Shown piece by piece: positions 1 through 13,201 of a stretch of 47,435 nucleotides of DNA. The stretch is from the NCBI GenBank assembly GCA_947258415.1, contig CAMYIF010000005.1:1-47435 (forward strand), given 5' to 3'. The notes under the pieces were generated by a model. The model saw only the letters and a list, made by a program, of their open reading frames with translations, made no database searches and had not been told where the DNA came from. The position numbers and the translations under genes were made by a program. The DNA comes from an uncultured Pseudomonadales bacterium (GTDB lineage: Bacteria > Pseudomonadota > Gammaproteobacteria > Pseudomonadales > IMCC2047). Every line of letters begins with the position of its first letter. The first letter of the stretch is position 1.

Positions 1-264
1 CCGAGCCAGCACGAATTTTACCAGCTTTACGGGCTTACCAATGACAAGCTGAAATACGCCAAGCCCGATGCCATCGTCATGCATCCTGGCCCCATTAACC
101 GGGGCGTGGAAATATCTTCCAAGGTTGCCGACGGCGAACAGTCCGTGATTCTGGACCAGGTCAGCAATGGCATCGCGGTGCGTATGGCGGTCATGTCGAT
201 GGCCATGAGCGGCCAGATGACCCAGCAGAATGAATCTGCAGAACGCCCGGGTGACATGCCATGA
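1..264 (+). CDS. pyrB: Aspartate carbamoyltransferase catalytic subunit, C-terminal part (truncated by window start)
   Basis: Frame open from base 1: [12 protein letters not shown]...[20 protein letters not shown]...[15 protein letters not shown], the ATCase C-terminal signature; overlaps the next gene (ATGA). Confidence 0.95.
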   Translation, partial: PSQHEFYQLYGLTNDKLKYAKPDAIVMHPGPINRGVEISSKVADGEQSVILDQVSNGIAVRMAVMSMAMSGQMTQQNESAERPGDMP

Positions 265-1535
265 GCCTCCTGATTTCCGGCGGACGAATTATTGATCCTG
301 CAAACCGTATCGACACGATTGCCGACATTTATATCTCGGAAGGCAAGGTCGCCGCTCTGGGTGAACAGGCCGGCATGTTTCAACCACAAGATTCGATCGA
401 CGCCAGCGGTATGATAGTCTGCCCTGGCCTGGTCGATCTTTACGTTCGTATTCCCGAACCCGGTTACGAGCACAAAGGCACAGTGGAGTCTGAAACCAAA
501 GCAGCGGCTGCCGGTGGCGTTACTTCCCTGTGCTGCCCACCGACCACTTTACCGGTAATTGACAGTCCCTCCGTGGCGACCTCCATCCAGAAACTGGCAT
601 CGCAAAGCGGTTATTGTCGAATATGGCCGATAGGTGCAATTACTACAGGCTTGCGCGGCAAGCAACTCAGCGAAATGGCTACCCTGAAAAAAGCCGGCTG
701 TGTCGGGGTCACCAATACCCGTGCCCCGTTTGCCAACAACCGGGTCCTGCTTCGATGCCTGGAGTATGCCGCTTCCCAGGAAATGACCGTTTGTCTCAAT
801 CCCGTGGATAGTTACCTGGAGCAGGGGGGGTGTGTACATAATGGCCAGTTCAGCACGCGCCTGGGCCTGGCGGGCATTCCCGAAACGGCCGAAACGGTGG
901 CCCTTGCGCGTGACCTTTTGCTGGTCGAGCAAACGGGTGTACGCGCACATTTTGGACAAGTATCAACATCACGCTCGGTAGACATGATTGCCGACGCGCA
1001 GGCAAAAGGCCTTCAGGTACCGGCCGATGCAAGCATTCATCACCTGCTGTCAACCGATGAGAGCATACAGGGCTTTAATTGCCTGTATCACATTCAACCG
1101 CCGCTACGTGACAAGGCCGACAGGCAAAGGTTACGCGAAGGTGTCTCTGAAGGCATAATCAGCGCAATCTGTTCCCAACATCAGCCGCACGAGACGGCCG
1201 CCAAGATGGCACCGTTTGCCGAAACCGAAGCGGGAATCTCGGGAGTTGAAACATTGCTCTCGCAGGCACTTGAACTTGTGGATAACGGCACGCTGGACCT
1301 GCCAACCCTGGTCGCCCGGCTTACCTGCAACCCGGCTGAATCGGCCAGGATAAACGCAGGCAATATCGGTGTCGGGGAAACAGCCGATATCTGTATTTTT
1401 GACCCGGAAGAATGCTGGCAATTTTCAGAAAAAAGCATGTACTCGACCGGCAGGAATTCACCCCTGCTGAACACGCAACTCAAAGGACGCGTGCGCTATA
1501 CCCTGATCGAGGGCAGGAAAGTATACCAGGCCTGA
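261..1535 (+). CDS. pyrC': Dihydroorotase-like protein (PyrC'/PyrX, probably the inactive ATCase-associated subunit)
   Basis: Amidohydrolase fold, follows pyrB; [14 protein letters not shown] in place of DxHxH and SQHQPH in place of SDHAPH. Confidence 0.88.
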   Translation: MSLLISGGRIIDPANRIDTIADIYISEGKVAALGEQAGMFQPQDSIDASGMIVCPGLVDLYVRIPEPGYEHKGTVESETKAAAAGGVTSLCCPPTTLPVIDSPSVATSIQKLASQSGYCRIWPIGAITTGLRGKQLSEMATLKKAGCVGVTNTRAPFANNRVLLRCLEYAASQEMTVCLNPVDSYLEQGGCVHNGQFSTRLGLAGIPETAETVALARDLLLVEQTGVRAHFGQVSTSRSVDMIADAQAKGLQVPADASIHHLLSTDESIQGFNCLYHIQPPLRDKADRQRLREGVSEGIISAICSQHQPHETAAKMAPFAETEAGISGVETLLSQALELVDNGTLDLPTLVARLTCNPAESARINAGNIGVGETADICIFDPEECWQFSEKSMYSTGRNSPLLNTQLKGRVRYTLIEGRKVYQA

Positions 1536-1578
1536 TCTGGCCGCGGATGTCTGCTAAATAAAACTTTTCCCTGTCTGC

Positions 1579-2694
1579 CTAATTTTGCAGCGTTAAATTA
1601 TCGGCCACACCCATTGAATTCTCGATGTGTTCACCGGAATCCAGTTTTATCATCAGGCGCAGGTCGTTCATTGAGTCAGCATGTGCCAGCGCCGCTTCGT
1701 AGGAAATAGCACCCGCCTTGAAGGCCCTGAACAGGGCCTGATCGAATGTTTGCATGCCAATCTCTGTAGATCTCGACATGATTTCCTTAAGCAGGTGCAC
1801 TTCGGCTTTACGGATATGATCGGCAATCACCGGTGTATTGATCAACACTTCGGTAATAACCTGGCGCCCCTTTCCATCGGGGCGAGGTATCAACTGCTGG
1901 GCAACAATGGCTTTCAGGTTAAGTGATAAATCCATCCACGCCTGGGAATGCCGGTCGGCCGGGAAAAAGTTGAGGATACGCCCGAAGGCCTGGTTGGCAT
2001 TGTTGGCGTGCAGCGTTGCCAGACACAGGTGACCCGTATCGGCGAAAATAATCGACTGCTCCATCGTTTCCCGGGTTCGTATTTCACCGACCAGTATTAC
2101 ATCCGGCGCCTGCCGCAGAGTATTGCGCAGCGCAAGTTCAAAGCTTTCGGTATCGATACCCACTTCCCGCTGGGTAACAATACAGCCCTGGTGCTGATGC
2201 ACGTATTCGATAGGGTCCTCGATACTGACGATATGGCCATTACTGTTTTTATTACGGTAACCAATCATGGATGCCAGTGATGTCGATTTACCGGTACCCG
2301 TCGCGCCAACAAAAATAATCAGGCCGCGTTTGGTCATCGCCAGTTCATCGATAATCGGCGGTAAACCCAGGCTATCGGATGTCGGGATCTGGGTTTCAAT
2401 ACGCCGCAACACCATACCAACCAGGTTACGCTGGTAAAAAGCACTGACACGAAAACGACCGACACCCCGGGCGCTGATCGCAAAATTACACTCGTGCGAG
2501 AGCATGAACTCCTTTCGCTGCGATTCGTTCATCGCCCCCAGGACAGTTTCACGCGCCTTTTCGGGGCTCAATGCCTCCTGTGAAACAGCACGAATCACTC
2601 CATCGATCTTTATGCTCGGTGGCAAACCAGCCGTAATAAAAAGGTCGGAGGCCTTCTTGTCTACCATCAGTTTTAGCAGTTTTTCTAAATTCAA
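1579..2694 (-). CDS. pilU: Type IV pilus retraction ATPase PilU
   Basis: Walker A GATGTGKSTS, IEDPIE, LRQAPDVILVGEIR, ATLHANNANQA; directly downstream of pilT. Confidence 0.95.
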   Translation of the reverse strand: MNLEKLLKLMVDKKASDLFITAGLPPSIKIDGVIRAVSQEALSPEKARETVLGAMNESQRKEFMLSHECNFAISARGVGRFRVSAFYQRNLVGMVLRRIETQIPTSDSLGLPPIIDELAMTKRGLIIFVGATGTGKSTSLASMIGYRNKNSNGHIVSIEDPIEYVHQHQGCIVTQREVGIDTESFELALRNTLRQAPDVILVGEIRTRETMEQSIIFADTGHLCLATLHANNANQAFGRILNFFPADRHSQAWMDLSLNLKAIVAQQLIPRPDGKGRQVITEVLINTPVIADHIRKAEVHLLKEIMSRSTEIGMQTFDQALFRAFKAGAISYEAALAHADSMNDLRLMIKLDSGEHIENSMGVADNLTLQN

Positions 2695-2736
2695 CAGTAC
2701 TCTCCCGTGAAACCGTGATCAGTTTTCTGAACAGCC

Positions 2737-3774
2737 TTACATAAGGCTTTCCTTATTGTTGGCGACTTCTCTTGCTGAATCCTTGGAAATCAGCCCTTTG
2801 CGCAGTAGTTCTTTCAGTGTCTGGTCCAGGGTAATCATGCCGTGTGCAGCCCCTGTCTGGATAGCAGAATACATCTGCGCGACCTTGTCTTCACGTATCA
2901 GGTTACGTATAGCAGAAGTGGTAATCATGATCTCATGCGCAGCGACACGGCCACCACCAATTTTTTTCAAAAGGGTCTGCGATATAACGCCCTGCAATGA
3001 TTCGGATAACATGGAGCGTACCATTGATTTTTCTTCGCCCGGGAAGACATCAATCACACGGTCAATTGTCTTTGCCGCAGAAGTAGTGTGCAATGTGCCA
3101 AAAACCAGGTGCCCGGTTTCTGCGGCGGTCAATGCCAGTCGAATCGTTTCAAGGTCTCGCAATTCGCCTACCAGAATCACATCGGGGTCTTCACGCAAGG
3201 CCGAGCGTAATGCCTCGTTAAAACCAAAAGTATCGCGATGCACCTCGCGCTGGTTAATCAGGCACTTTTTGCTTTCGTGGACAAATTCAATCGGGTCCTC
3301 AATGGTCAAAACATGATCATATCGCAAGTTATTAACATGGTCGATCATTGCCGCCAGGGTTGTACTTTTACCCGAACCTGTCGGCCCGGTCACCAGCACC
3401 AGCCCACGCGGTAACATGGATAAATCTGCAAAAATATTTCCCAGGCCGAGGTCTTCGAAGGTGAGTACCTTTGAGGGAATGGTACGAAACACCGCGCCGG
3501 CACCACGATTATGGTTGAAAGCGTTGACACGGAAACGGGCAACACCGGGAACTTCAAAGGAAAAATCCGTTTCCAGATACTCTTCATAATCCTTTCGCTG
3601 CTTATCGTTCATGATGTCATATATCAGCGCGTGCACTTCTTTGTGCTCCATGGAAGGAACATTAACGCGCCGCACGTCACCATCAACCCTGATCATCGGC
3701 GGAACGCCGGCTGATAAATGCAAATCAGATGCATTCTGTTTTACAGTAAAAGAAAGTAATTCCGTAATATCCAT
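2737..3774 (-). CDS. pilT: Type IV pilus twitching motility ATPase PilT
   Basis: MDITELL N-terminus, GPTGSGKSTT, ALREDPD, AIRNLIRE motif. Confidence 0.98.
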   Translation of the reverse strand: MDITELLSFTVKQNASDLHLSAGVPPMIRVDGDVRRVNVPSMEHKEVHALIYDIMNDKQRKDYEEYLETDFSFEVPGVARFRVNAFNHNRGAGAVFRTIPSKVLTFEDLGLGNIFADLSMLPRGLVLVTGPTGSGKSTTLAAMIDHVNNLRYDHVLTIEDPIEFVHESKKCLINQREVHRDTFGFNEALRSALREDPDVILVGELRDLETIRLALTAAETGHLVFGTLHTTSAAKTIDRVIDVFPGEEKSMVRSMLSESLQGVISQTLLKKIGGGRVAAHEIMITTSAIRNLIREDKVAQMYSAIQTGAAHGMITLDQTLKELLRKGLISKDSAREVANNKESLM

Positions 3775-3885
3775 AGTACCTCAGCACCATTCATTTATTT
3801 TTTAATTAGTGTTAGCCTTGCTTGCATTATAGCAATAGCCAATAAAAGGCTTCCCAGTCATTATCCGGATAAATACCCTCAAGCC

Positions 3886-4569
3886 ATGAGCACCATTGCC
3901 GAGAATATTGCTCAGATTAACACACGTATTGAAGACGCGAAAAAAAACGCGGGCCGTACATCGGGTATAGTACAGCTTGTCGCAGTTAGCAAGACGCGCA
4001 AAGCAAATGAGGTAAGAAAAGCCTATCAGGCCGGCATTCATCATTTTGGCGAAAACTACCTCCAGGAAGCGCTTGAAAAACAAGGCCAATTAGGCGATTT
4101 AGCCATTACATGGCACTTCATTGGCCCGATCCAGTCGAACAAAACGGCAGCCATTGCCAATAACTTTGACTGGGTACATAGCGTCGACCGATTGAAAGTC
4201 GCGCAACGCCTGAACGATCAACGACCCGATCACTTGCCGCCTTTGAACATTTGCCTGCAGGTAAATGTCAGCCAGGAAGAAACAAAATCCGGTGTTGATT
4301 TAACCGACCTGGAGGCACTGGCAGCCGCTACCGCGACTATGTCCCGGCTAAAACTACGTGGCCTGATGGCTATTCCCTCACCCCGGCAAAATAAAGCACA
4401 ACTTCGTAATGACTTCAAGACCATGCGTAACACCCTGGCTTCTTTAAACACGCAGGGTTTTACGCTTGACACCCTATCGATGGGCATGTCAAATGATTTA
4501 GAATGCGCAATCATGGAAGGCGCGACAATGGTCCGTATTGGCACAGCAATTTTTGGCGAACGACATTAA
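3886..4569 (+). CDS. yggS: PLP homeostasis protein (YggS/PLPBP family)
   Basis: LVAVSKT, FGENYLQE, WHFIGPIQSNK, LSMGMS, VRIGTAIFG; divergent from pilT. Confidence 0.96.
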   Translation: MSTIAENIAQINTRIEDAKKNAGRTSGIVQLVAVSKTRKANEVRKAYQAGIHHFGENYLQEALEKQGQLGDLAITWHFIGPIQSNKTAAIANNFDWVHSVDRLKVAQRLNDQRPDHLPPLNICLQVNVSQEETKSGVDLTDLEALAAATATMSRLKLRGLMAIPSPRQNKAQLRNDFKTMRNTLASLNTQGFTLDTLSMGMSNDLECAIMEGATMVRIGTAIFGERH

Positions 4570-4582
4570 AAATGAACAATCT

Positions 4583-5410
4583 ATGAATTCATTAGCGACA
4601 GCGACAGCCAGGCTAACTTTTATCGGCGCGGGTAATATGGCCAGCAGTATTATCGGGGGGCTGGTTGACAAGGGTTACCCCGCGCAGCTGATTCACGCCA
4701 CCGACCTTGATACCGAAAAGCTCGAGGCATTACGAGGACGTTTTGGTATCCAGACCAGTACCGACAACCTGGCCGCGATCGAGCGGGCTGATGCCGTTAT
4801 TCTGGCGGTCAAACCGCAAATCATGGCCCAGGTAGTAACGCCTTTATCTGCAGGCCTGCGGCAACCGCGACCCTTATTTATCTCGATCGCCGCCGGCATC
4901 ACGGTGAGCAATCTGCAAGACTGGCTTGGACAGGACGTCCCCGTGGTCAGGGCCATGCCGAATACACCGGCGCTTGTTCAGGCGGGTGCTACCGGTTTGT
5001 TTGCCAATCATCTGGCGACTTCTGAACAAAAGGAAATCGCATTCCTCATCTTTGACGCGATTGGTACTGCCCTGTGGTTTGACGACGAAGAAGACATCGA
5101 CCGGGTTGTCGCTGTATCGGGCAGCGGGCCTGCCTATTATTTCCTGGTCATGGAAGCTATGGAAAAGGCGGCGGTCAAGCTCGGGTTATCGGCCGACGTT
5201 GCCCGCCAGTTGACCCTGCAAACGGCCTACGGCTCGGCTAAACTTGCGCTTTCGAGTGATATAGATACCGCCGAATTACGACGTCGTGTGACATCACCCG
5301 GCGGGACCACCGAGCAGGCGATCCTGCGTCTGGAAAATGGCGGACTGATTCCATTATTCGAAGAAGCCATGCGGGCGGCCATGGATCGCAGTAAAGAACT
5401 GGCTCGTTAA
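4583..5410 (+). CDS. proC: Pyrroline-5-carboxylate reductase
   Basis: FIGAGNMA, LAVKPQ, RAMPNTP, SGSGPAY, VTSPGGTT; start placed at ATG 4583 rather than inside yggS. Confidence 0.96.
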   Translation: MNSLATATARLTFIGAGNMASSIIGGLVDKGYPAQLIHATDLDTEKLEALRGRFGIQTSTDNLAAIERADAVILAVKPQIMAQVVTPLSAGLRQPRPLFISIAAGITVSNLQDWLGQDVPVVRAMPNTPALVQAGATGLFANHLATSEQKEIAFLIFDAIGTALWFDDEEDIDRVVAVSGSGPAYYFLVMEAMEKAAVKLGLSADVARQLTLQTAYGSAKLALSSDIDTAELRRRVTSPGGTTEQAILRLENGGLIPLFEEAMRAAMDRSKELAR

Positions 5411-5437
5411 TAATCTAACTAATCAACAAGGCATAAT

Positions 5438-6031
5438 ATGGCTCAATCCCTTGCAACTGTTGGCATCTACCTGGTTGAAACATTATTTACCCTTTATATC
5501 CTGACCATACTGCTACGCTTTCTCCTGCAAACCGTACGTGCTGACTTTTACAATCCCATTTCGCAGGCTATTGTAAAAATCACCGACCCCGCGCTGAAAC
5601 CGCTAAGGCGAATTATCCCGGGATTTGGCGGCATTGATCTGGCCTCGTTGTTTCTCGCACTGATCGTACAAACGGCGGCGATCTGCCTGATCGCCCTGTT
5701 GCTGGGTGGCCAGATACCGAACCTGTTGCTGGTCATCGGCTGGTCACTGGTAGGCATAATGTCCATGGTGCTCAACATTTATTTCTTTGCCATTATCGTT
5801 GTGATAATCCTCAGCTGGGTAGCGCCCAACAGCCACAATCCGGCCGCCGTACTCATTTACCAGATTACCGAACCCGTGATGCGCCGGGCGCGCAGTATTA
5901 TTCCACCCATTGGCGGGCTGGATATCTCGCCTATCTTTATTTTTATTGGTATCAACATCCTGAAGATACTGGTGATTGGCAACCTGGCCGCCGCGCTAGC
6001 CCTGCCGCGCGGCCTGATTCCCTGGGTTTAA
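5438..6031 (+). CDS. yggT: YggT family membrane protein
   Basis: Two YGGT repeats ([17 protein letters not shown]...GGIDLAS; ITEP...GGLDISP); conserved position after proC. Confidence 0.92.
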   Translation: MAQSLATVGIYLVETLFTLYILTILLRFLLQTVRADFYNPISQAIVKITDPALKPLRRIIPGFGGIDLASLFLALIVQTAAICLIALLLGGQIPNLLLVIGWSLVGIMSMVLNIYFFAIIVVIILSWVAPNSHNPAAVLIYQITEPVMRRARSIIPPIGGLDISPIFIFIGINILKILVIGNLAAALALPRGLIPWV

Positions 6032-6164
6032 TTGCCCGGCTCACACCGTTAATGTGGGCAGGTTGACAAAACTGGCCGCAAATCACCGTTTGTCTTGCGT
6101 TCCGTATAGGCGCAAATTAGACTTCAAAATTATCCCGATCGACCCCGGCTATCGACATAACAAT

Positions 6165-7319
6165 ATGCCTGAAACCATACCCGAAGATTCAGTCGGCCTA
6201 GTGTCCCCGCAGACCATGCAGTTCGATGAACCGCTGGAGTTTGCCTGTGGCCGTAGCATCAAATCCTACCAGCTGGTTTACGAAACCTACGGGCAGCTTA
6301 ACGCCAACAAATCCAATGCCGTTCTTATCTGTCATGCACTCAGTGGTCACCATCATGCGGCTGGTTACCACAGCATGGACGATAAAACCCCGGGCTGGTG
6401 GGAAACATGCATCGGGCCAGGCAAACCCATCGATACCGACAAGTTTTTTGTTGTTTGCCCGAACAATATCGGTGGTTGCCACGGCAGCACGGGGCCCAAT
6501 ACAATCAATCCTGAAACCGGGAAATACTGGGGGCCAGACTTCCCCCCGTTGCGCGCCCGCGACTGGATGGAAGCCCAATTTCGCCTGGGAGTCCGATTGG
6601 GCATCGACCAGTGGGCCGCGGTGATAGGCGGCAGCCTTGGCGGCATGCAGGCGATGCGCTGGTCGCTGGAGTTCCCGGATAAAATACGCTACAGCGTGGC
6701 GATTGCATCGACCATGAGCCTGACGGCGCAAAATATCGCCTTTAACGAAATTGCGCGGCACGCCATCCAGACCGATCCTGACTTTCATGATGGCTACTAC
6801 CTGGAAAAAGGCACCATCCCAAAGCGTGGACTGGTGCAAGCGCGCATGCTGGCGCACGTTACGTATTTGTCAGATACATTAATGGGCGATCGATTTGGTC
6901 GCGTCTTGCGCGCGGGTGATTTCCAGCGCGGCCAGTACAACCCGATTCAGTTTGAAGTCGAAAGCTATTTGCGCTACCAGGGTGAGAAATTTTCAACCAC
7001 CTTTGACGCCAACACCTATATCCTGATTACCCGGATCCTTGATTATTTTGATCTGGCCCGGGAATACGATCACGACGCGGTCAGCGCCTTCAGTCACGCC
7101 AGGTGCAAATTCCTTGTTATTTCGTTTACCACGGACTGGCGTTTCGCACCCGAACGATCACGTGAAATAGCCGATGCTCTGATCGCCGCCGGCAAAGACG
7201 TTACTTATGCAGAGATAGACGCTCCCCAGGGGCACGATGCTTTCCTGCTGCCAATTGACCCCTATATTCGATTATTCAGGGAATACATGCAGCGAATTGC
7301 CGACGAGGTCAACGCATGA
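6165..7319 (+). CDS. metX: Homoserine O-acyltransferase MetX
   Basis: [20 protein letters not shown] nucleophile elbow, GHDAFL; start at ATG 6165 ([11 protein letters not shown]). Confidence 0.95.
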   Translation: MPETIPEDSVGLVSPQTMQFDEPLEFACGRSIKSYQLVYETYGQLNANKSNAVLICHALSGHHHAAGYHSMDDKTPGWWETCIGPGKPIDTDKFFVVCPNNIGGCHGSTGPNTINPETGKYWGPDFPPLRARDWMEAQFRLGVRLGIDQWAAVIGGSLGGMQAMRWSLEFPDKIRYSVAIASTMSLTAQNIAFNEIARHAIQTDPDFHDGYYLEKGTIPKRGLVQARMLAHVTYLSDTLMGDRFGRVLRAGDFQRGQYNPIQFEVESYLRYQGEKFSTTFDANTYILITRILDYFDLAREYDHDAVSAFSHARCKFLVISFTTDWRFAPERSREIADALIAAGKDVTYAEIDAPQGHDAFLLPIDPYIRLFREYMQRIADEVNA

Positions 7320-7924
7320 GCAGGCATATTCGCGATGACCTTTACATGCTCCAGGACTGGATTACCCCCAAAACCCGAGTGCTGGACCTGGGTTGCGGTA
7401 ACGGTGATTTTCTTCGTTTCCTGATGGATCACAAGCAGATCCTGGGCTACGGGCTGGAAATTGACCGCGAGCACATCATCGAGTGCGTCACGAAGGGTGT
7501 GAACGTCATCGAACAAGACCTGAACCGGGGCCTGACCAACTTCATGGACAAGAGCTTTGACACTGTAGTTATGACCCAGGCCCTGCAGATAATGCATCGG
7601 CCCGACCTGGTGCTCGATGATATGCTCAGGATCGGGAGCGAGTGCATCGTTACCTTTCCCAATTTTGGCAACCTTTTTTCCCGCGCCTACCTGTCTTTTT
7701 ATGGCCGCATGCCGGTCACTAAACAGCTTGCCTACCAATGGTACGAAACACCCAATATCCACTTCTGTACTATCCGTGATTTTGAAATACTGTGCCAGGA
7801 AAAGGATATCGATATCTTGCACCGGAATGTCATCGCCGAGCGATTTCCCAACCGCATATTCAAGGAATTGAGCCCTAACCTTTTTGGCGAAACCGCCATT
7901 TACCACCTGAGCAAGAACAAATAG
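7316..7924 (+). CDS. metW: Methionine biosynthesis protein MetW (SAM-binding fold)
   Basis: [26 protein letters not shown]; coupled to metX. Confidence 0.94.
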   Translation: MSRHIRDDLYMLQDWITPKTRVLDLGCGNGDFLRFLMDHKQILGYGLEIDREHIIECVTKGVNVIEQDLNRGLTNFMDKSFDTVVMTQALQIMHRPDLVLDDMLRIGSECIVTFPNFGNLFSRAYLSFYGRMPVTKQLAYQWYETPNIHFCTIRDFEILCQEKDIDILHRNVIAERFPNRIFKELSPNLFGETAIYHLSKNK

Positions 7925-7959
7925 GTATTCCGGTTGTCACTTATGCTTGGATATAAATA

Positions 7960-8568
7960 ATGAACAGGATTGTTTTGGCCAGCTCCAATCAGGGCAAACT
8001 GCGAGAGATACAGGCGGTTCTATCACCCCTTGCTATTGAGCTGATTCCGCAAAACCAATTCTCCGTAGAGGATGCCGAGGAAACCGGACTGACCTACGTG
8101 GAAAACGCCATTATCAAGGCTCGTAATGCGGCCAGCATTACCCGCCTGCCGGCATTGGCCGATGATTCCGGCCTGAGTGTCGACGCCCTGGAAGGTGCCC
8201 CCGGAATTTATTCAGCTCGCTATTCGGGCAATGACGCAACCGATGCCAAAAACAACCGGAAACTGCTCGATGAATTACAGGCCTGCGGCAGCAATAACCG
8301 CATCGCCCGGTTTCATTGCGTACTCGTGTTGATGCGGCACGCGAATGACCCAACACCCCTGATAGCCCAGGGTGCCTGGACCGGAGAAATTCTCGAGGCC
8401 GGCCGCGGTGACAACGGTTTTGGTTACGACCCGTTGTTTTTTTGCAAGGAATTGAATGCCACATCTGCCGAGCTGTCACCCGAGGTTAAAAACCGCGTGA
8501 GCCATCGCGCCCGTGCGCTGCAGAAACTGGTTGAGCTGTTGCATAATGCCAATGAAAACCCGATTTAA
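7960..8568 (+). CDS. rdgB: dITP/XTP pyrophosphatase (Ham1/RdgB)
   Basis: LASSNQGKLRE, ENAIIKA, ADDSGL, GFGYDP, SHRARAL. Confidence 0.96.
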   Translation: MNRIVLASSNQGKLREIQAVLSPLAIELIPQNQFSVEDAEETGLTYVENAIIKARNAASITRLPALADDSGLSVDALEGAPGIYSARYSGNDATDAKNNRKLLDELQACGSNNRIARFHCVLVLMRHANDPTPLIAQGAWTGEILEAGRGDNGFGYDPLFFCKELNATSAELSPEVKNRVSHRARALQKLVELLHNANENPI

Positions 8569-9697
8569 ACCACCACCGTTAAGCCTGTACATCCATATTC
8601 CCTGGTGCATCCGCAAGTGCCCCTATTGCGATTTCAATTCCCATGCTGCCGGGGACAGGTTACCAGAAGCCGAATATGTCAGCGCCCTGCTCGAGGACTT
8701 CAGGCAGGATATGCACTGGATCCAGGGGCAGCGCCTGCATTCGGTTTTTTTTGGCGGTGGTACTCCCAGCCTGTTCACGGCTGATTCTATCGATAAAATT
8801 TTATCCGGTATCAATGACCTGGTTGCATTTGAGCCTGGCATTGAAATCACCCTGGAAGCCAACCCGGGCACATTCGAGAAAAACAGGTTCTCGGGATTTC
8901 AACGGGCGGGCATTAACCGCCTTTCGATCGGAGTTCAAAGCTTCAACGATAAGCATCTTGAAACCCTGGGACGGGTACACTCGGGCACCGAGGCTAAACA
9001 GGCGATCAAGACTGCTATCGACTGCGGATTCGATAATTTTAACCTTGACCTGATGCACGGACTGCCCGGTCAAACGGCAAAGGATGCCCTGTCGGACCTA
9101 TCGACGGCCCTTGATTACAGGCCAACCCACCTGTCCTGGTACCAGCTGACTATTGAACCCAACACGGTATTTTACTCGCACCCACCCCGCTTGCCTGCAG
9201 AAAACACCCTTGAAGATATTGAACGGGGCGGTAAAGAGATGCTTGCTGACCGGGGCCTGCACCAGTACGAAGTCTCCGCCTACAGCCAGCCCGGAAAGGC
9301 TTCACGTCATAACCTGAATTACTGGCAATTTGGTGATTACCTGGGTATCGGTGCCGGCGCCCACGGCAAAATCACATTACTCGATGACAAGCAGATTATC
9401 CGTACCCGCAAAACACGGCTGCCCGGCCAATACCTTGACCCGGACAGGAGTTTTATTAGCCAGCAAATGACCATACCTGACAAAAATATAGCCGGGGAAT
9501 TTTTCATGAACGCCCTGCGCTTGAACGATGGCTTTAACCCTGACCTGTTTGAGATCCGGACCGGAAAACATCTCAACGATTACCGGGACAAGATCGCCCT
9601 GGCGCAAGAAAAAGGATTACTGGCCAGAGGCAAAACCATTCGGCCCACCGGTAAAGGGCGCCTGTTCCTGAACGACCTGGCGGGTCTCTTCATATAG
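8552..9697 (+). CDS. hemW: Radical SAM heme chaperone HemW
   Basis: LYIHIPWCIRKCPYCDFNSH (CxxxCxxC), GGGTPS, HNLNYW; follows rdgB. Start could be 8546 or 8552. Confidence 0.93.
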   Translation: MKTRFKPPPLSLYIHIPWCIRKCPYCDFNSHAAGDRLPEAEYVSALLEDFRQDMHWIQGQRLHSVFFGGGTPSLFTADSIDKILSGINDLVAFEPGIEITLEANPGTFEKNRFSGFQRAGINRLSIGVQSFNDKHLETLGRVHSGTEAKQAIKTAIDCGFDNFNLDLMHGLPGQTAKDALSDLSTALDYRPTHLSWYQLTIEPNTVFYSHPPRLPAENTLEDIERGGKEMLADRGLHQYEVSAYSQPGKASRHNLNYWQFGDYLGIGAGAHGKITLLDDKQIIRTRKTRLPGQYLDPDRSFISQQMTIPDKNIAGEFFMNALRLNDGFNPDLFEIRTGKHLNDYRDKIALAQEKGLLARGKTIRPTGKGRLFLNDLAGLFI

Positions 9698-9807
9698 ACT
9701 GCTCTAAAAAATTGTCTGGTTAAACCTGTTACCCGATTTCATTTGTCGACTTTGTAATTTTCCTCTGGCCTGTTGTTTCTGGTGACGCATAGGCATATAC
9801 TTTGTGC

Positions 9808-9892
9808 TTCTTGTCGGAGCGCCTAGGGCTGAGACCACTAACGTGGGATCCGTAGAACCTGATCAGGTTAAAACCTGCGAAGGAAACAAGCT
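9808..9892 (+). ncRNA. TPP (THI-box) riboswitch
   Basis: GGGCTGAGA...GAACCTGATCAGGTTAAAACCTGCGAAGGAA core with P1 CTTGT/ACAAG; directly upstream of thiC. Confidence 0.96.
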
Positions 9893-9975
9893 GACGCACA
9901 GCCGCCTGATCAGGCATCTTCTATCCCCCTCAAGCGCAACGGCAATCTTGGCACTTTTGATTAACGACAAAGTGA

Positions 9976-11871
<1,896 letters not shown>

Positions 11872-11889
11872 GGGAAATCCGGAAAGGCA

Positions 11890-13032
11890 ATGCAACAGAT
11901 AGCGGTAGTCGGTGCGGGTTTATTCGGGCGGTTATTGGCGCTCCGGCTGGCCCGACTCGACTACCGGGTCAGCCTTTACGAAAAAGACGACCTTGATGCT
12001 ACCGGCAGCGCCGGTTATGTCGCGGCGGCAATGCTCGCGCCTTACGCAGAAGCATGCACAGCCAGCCCGCTTGTTATTCAACTGGGTATCGACTCGCTAG
12101 AGCTTTGGCCCGGAATTCTGGAAGACCTGCCAGAACCAGTCTTTTTCCAGCGCCAGGGCAGCCTGATCGTAGCCCATTCACAGGACCGGGGTGATTACCA
12201 AAATTTCGTTCGCCGGGTCCAGCACAAACTCGGCCACATGCACCTGGACAATGTCCTCGAGCCTTGTGATTCCCGGCAACTGCAATCTTATGAACCTGAA
12301 CTGGCAAAACGCTTTCAGCAGGGGCTGTTTATCAAAGGTGAGGGCCAACTCGATAATCGCGCCCTGTACCGGGCCACCCGGCAGGCCCTTGAATTAAACC
12401 AAATAGAGAGTTTGACAGGCACGCGTGTTGAGCAAATGGGCGATGGCTATGTGGCCAGCAACCATGGCCAGCAAAGGTACGATACGGTAATCGACTGCCG
12501 CGGAATTGGTGCCAAAAAAGATATCCCCGGCCTTCGCGGTGTTCGAGGTGAAGTGATTCGCATGCATGCCCCGGAGGTGAATTTGACCAGGCCGGTAAGG
12601 CTGATGCATCCACGCTATCCCTTATACATAGTGCCACGGCCCGGCCGGGAATACATCATCGGTGCGACGGAAATCGAAAGCGAAGATACCAGCAACATCA
12701 GCGTACGCTCAACACTCGAACTGTTGACCGCCGCCTATTCGCTGCACAGTGGTTTCGCAGAAGCGCGCATACTGGAAACGCTGGTCGGCACTCGCCCGGC
12801 ATTACCCGACAACGAACCACGCATCCTTATTGGGCATCGACACCTGCAGGTAAACGGCCTGTACCGGCACGGCTACCTGGTCTCGCCGGCGCTTTTGAAT
12901 GAAGTAGCGGGCGTACTGGGCGCCAAATCATTGGATGATTACCCGTCGACGAGCCGCTTCCCCGAACTATTCCAACCCATGGAGGCCATTGAAAATGACA
13001 ACTCATGTGATCATCAACGATCAGCCGTTTGA
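11890..13032 (+). CDS. thiO: Glycine oxidase ThiO
   Basis: VVGAGLFG FAD motif, AAAMLAP, RGVRGE, NGLYRHG; in the thi operon. Confidence 0.92.
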   Translation: MQQIAVVGAGLFGRLLALRLARLDYRVSLYEKDDLDATGSAGYVAAAMLAPYAEACTASPLVIQLGIDSLELWPGILEDLPEPVFFQRQGSLIVAHSQDRGDYQNFVRRVQHKLGHMHLDNVLEPCDSRQLQSYEPELAKRFQQGLFIKGEGQLDNRALYRATRQALELNQIESLTGTRVEQMGDGYVASNHGQQRYDTVIDCRGIGAKKDIPGLRGVRGEVIRMHAPEVNLTRPVRLMHPRYPLYIVPRPGREYIIGATEIESEDTSNISVRSTLELLTAAYSLHSGFAEARILETLVGTRPALPDNEPRILIGHRHLQVNGLYRHGYLVSPALLNEVAGVLGAKSLDDYPSTSRFPELFQPMEAIENDNSCDHQRSAV

Positions 13033-13198
13033 GCTTGCAAATGCCCGGAACCTGCAGGAAATTCTGGAAAGTTTCGGTGCAACCGAACCCTATGTCGTGG
13101 CCCTGAACCAGGAGTTTGTGCCACGCTCCTGTTATTCACAGCAAAAACTGTGCGCCAACGACCGGATTGAAATTCTTCAACCTATTCATGGAGGGTGA
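12995..13198 (+). CDS. thiS: Sulfur carrier protein ThiS
   Basis: Small ubiquitin-like protein, VALNQEFVPR, C-terminal GG; ATG 12995 after GGAGG. Confidence 0.93.
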   Translation: MTTHVIINDQPFELANARNLQEILESFGATEPYVVALNQEFVPRSCYSQQKLCANDRIEILQPIHGG

Positions 13199-13201
13199 CC
13201 G

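Noticed and set aside
6032-6164. SAM/SAH riboswitch or promoter upstream of metX
   Set aside because: No recognisable aptamer core; the TTGACA at 6063 has no matching -10 at proper spacing.
6198-7906. 219-aa and 214-aa minus-strand ORFs
   Set aside because: Antisense shadows of metX and metW.
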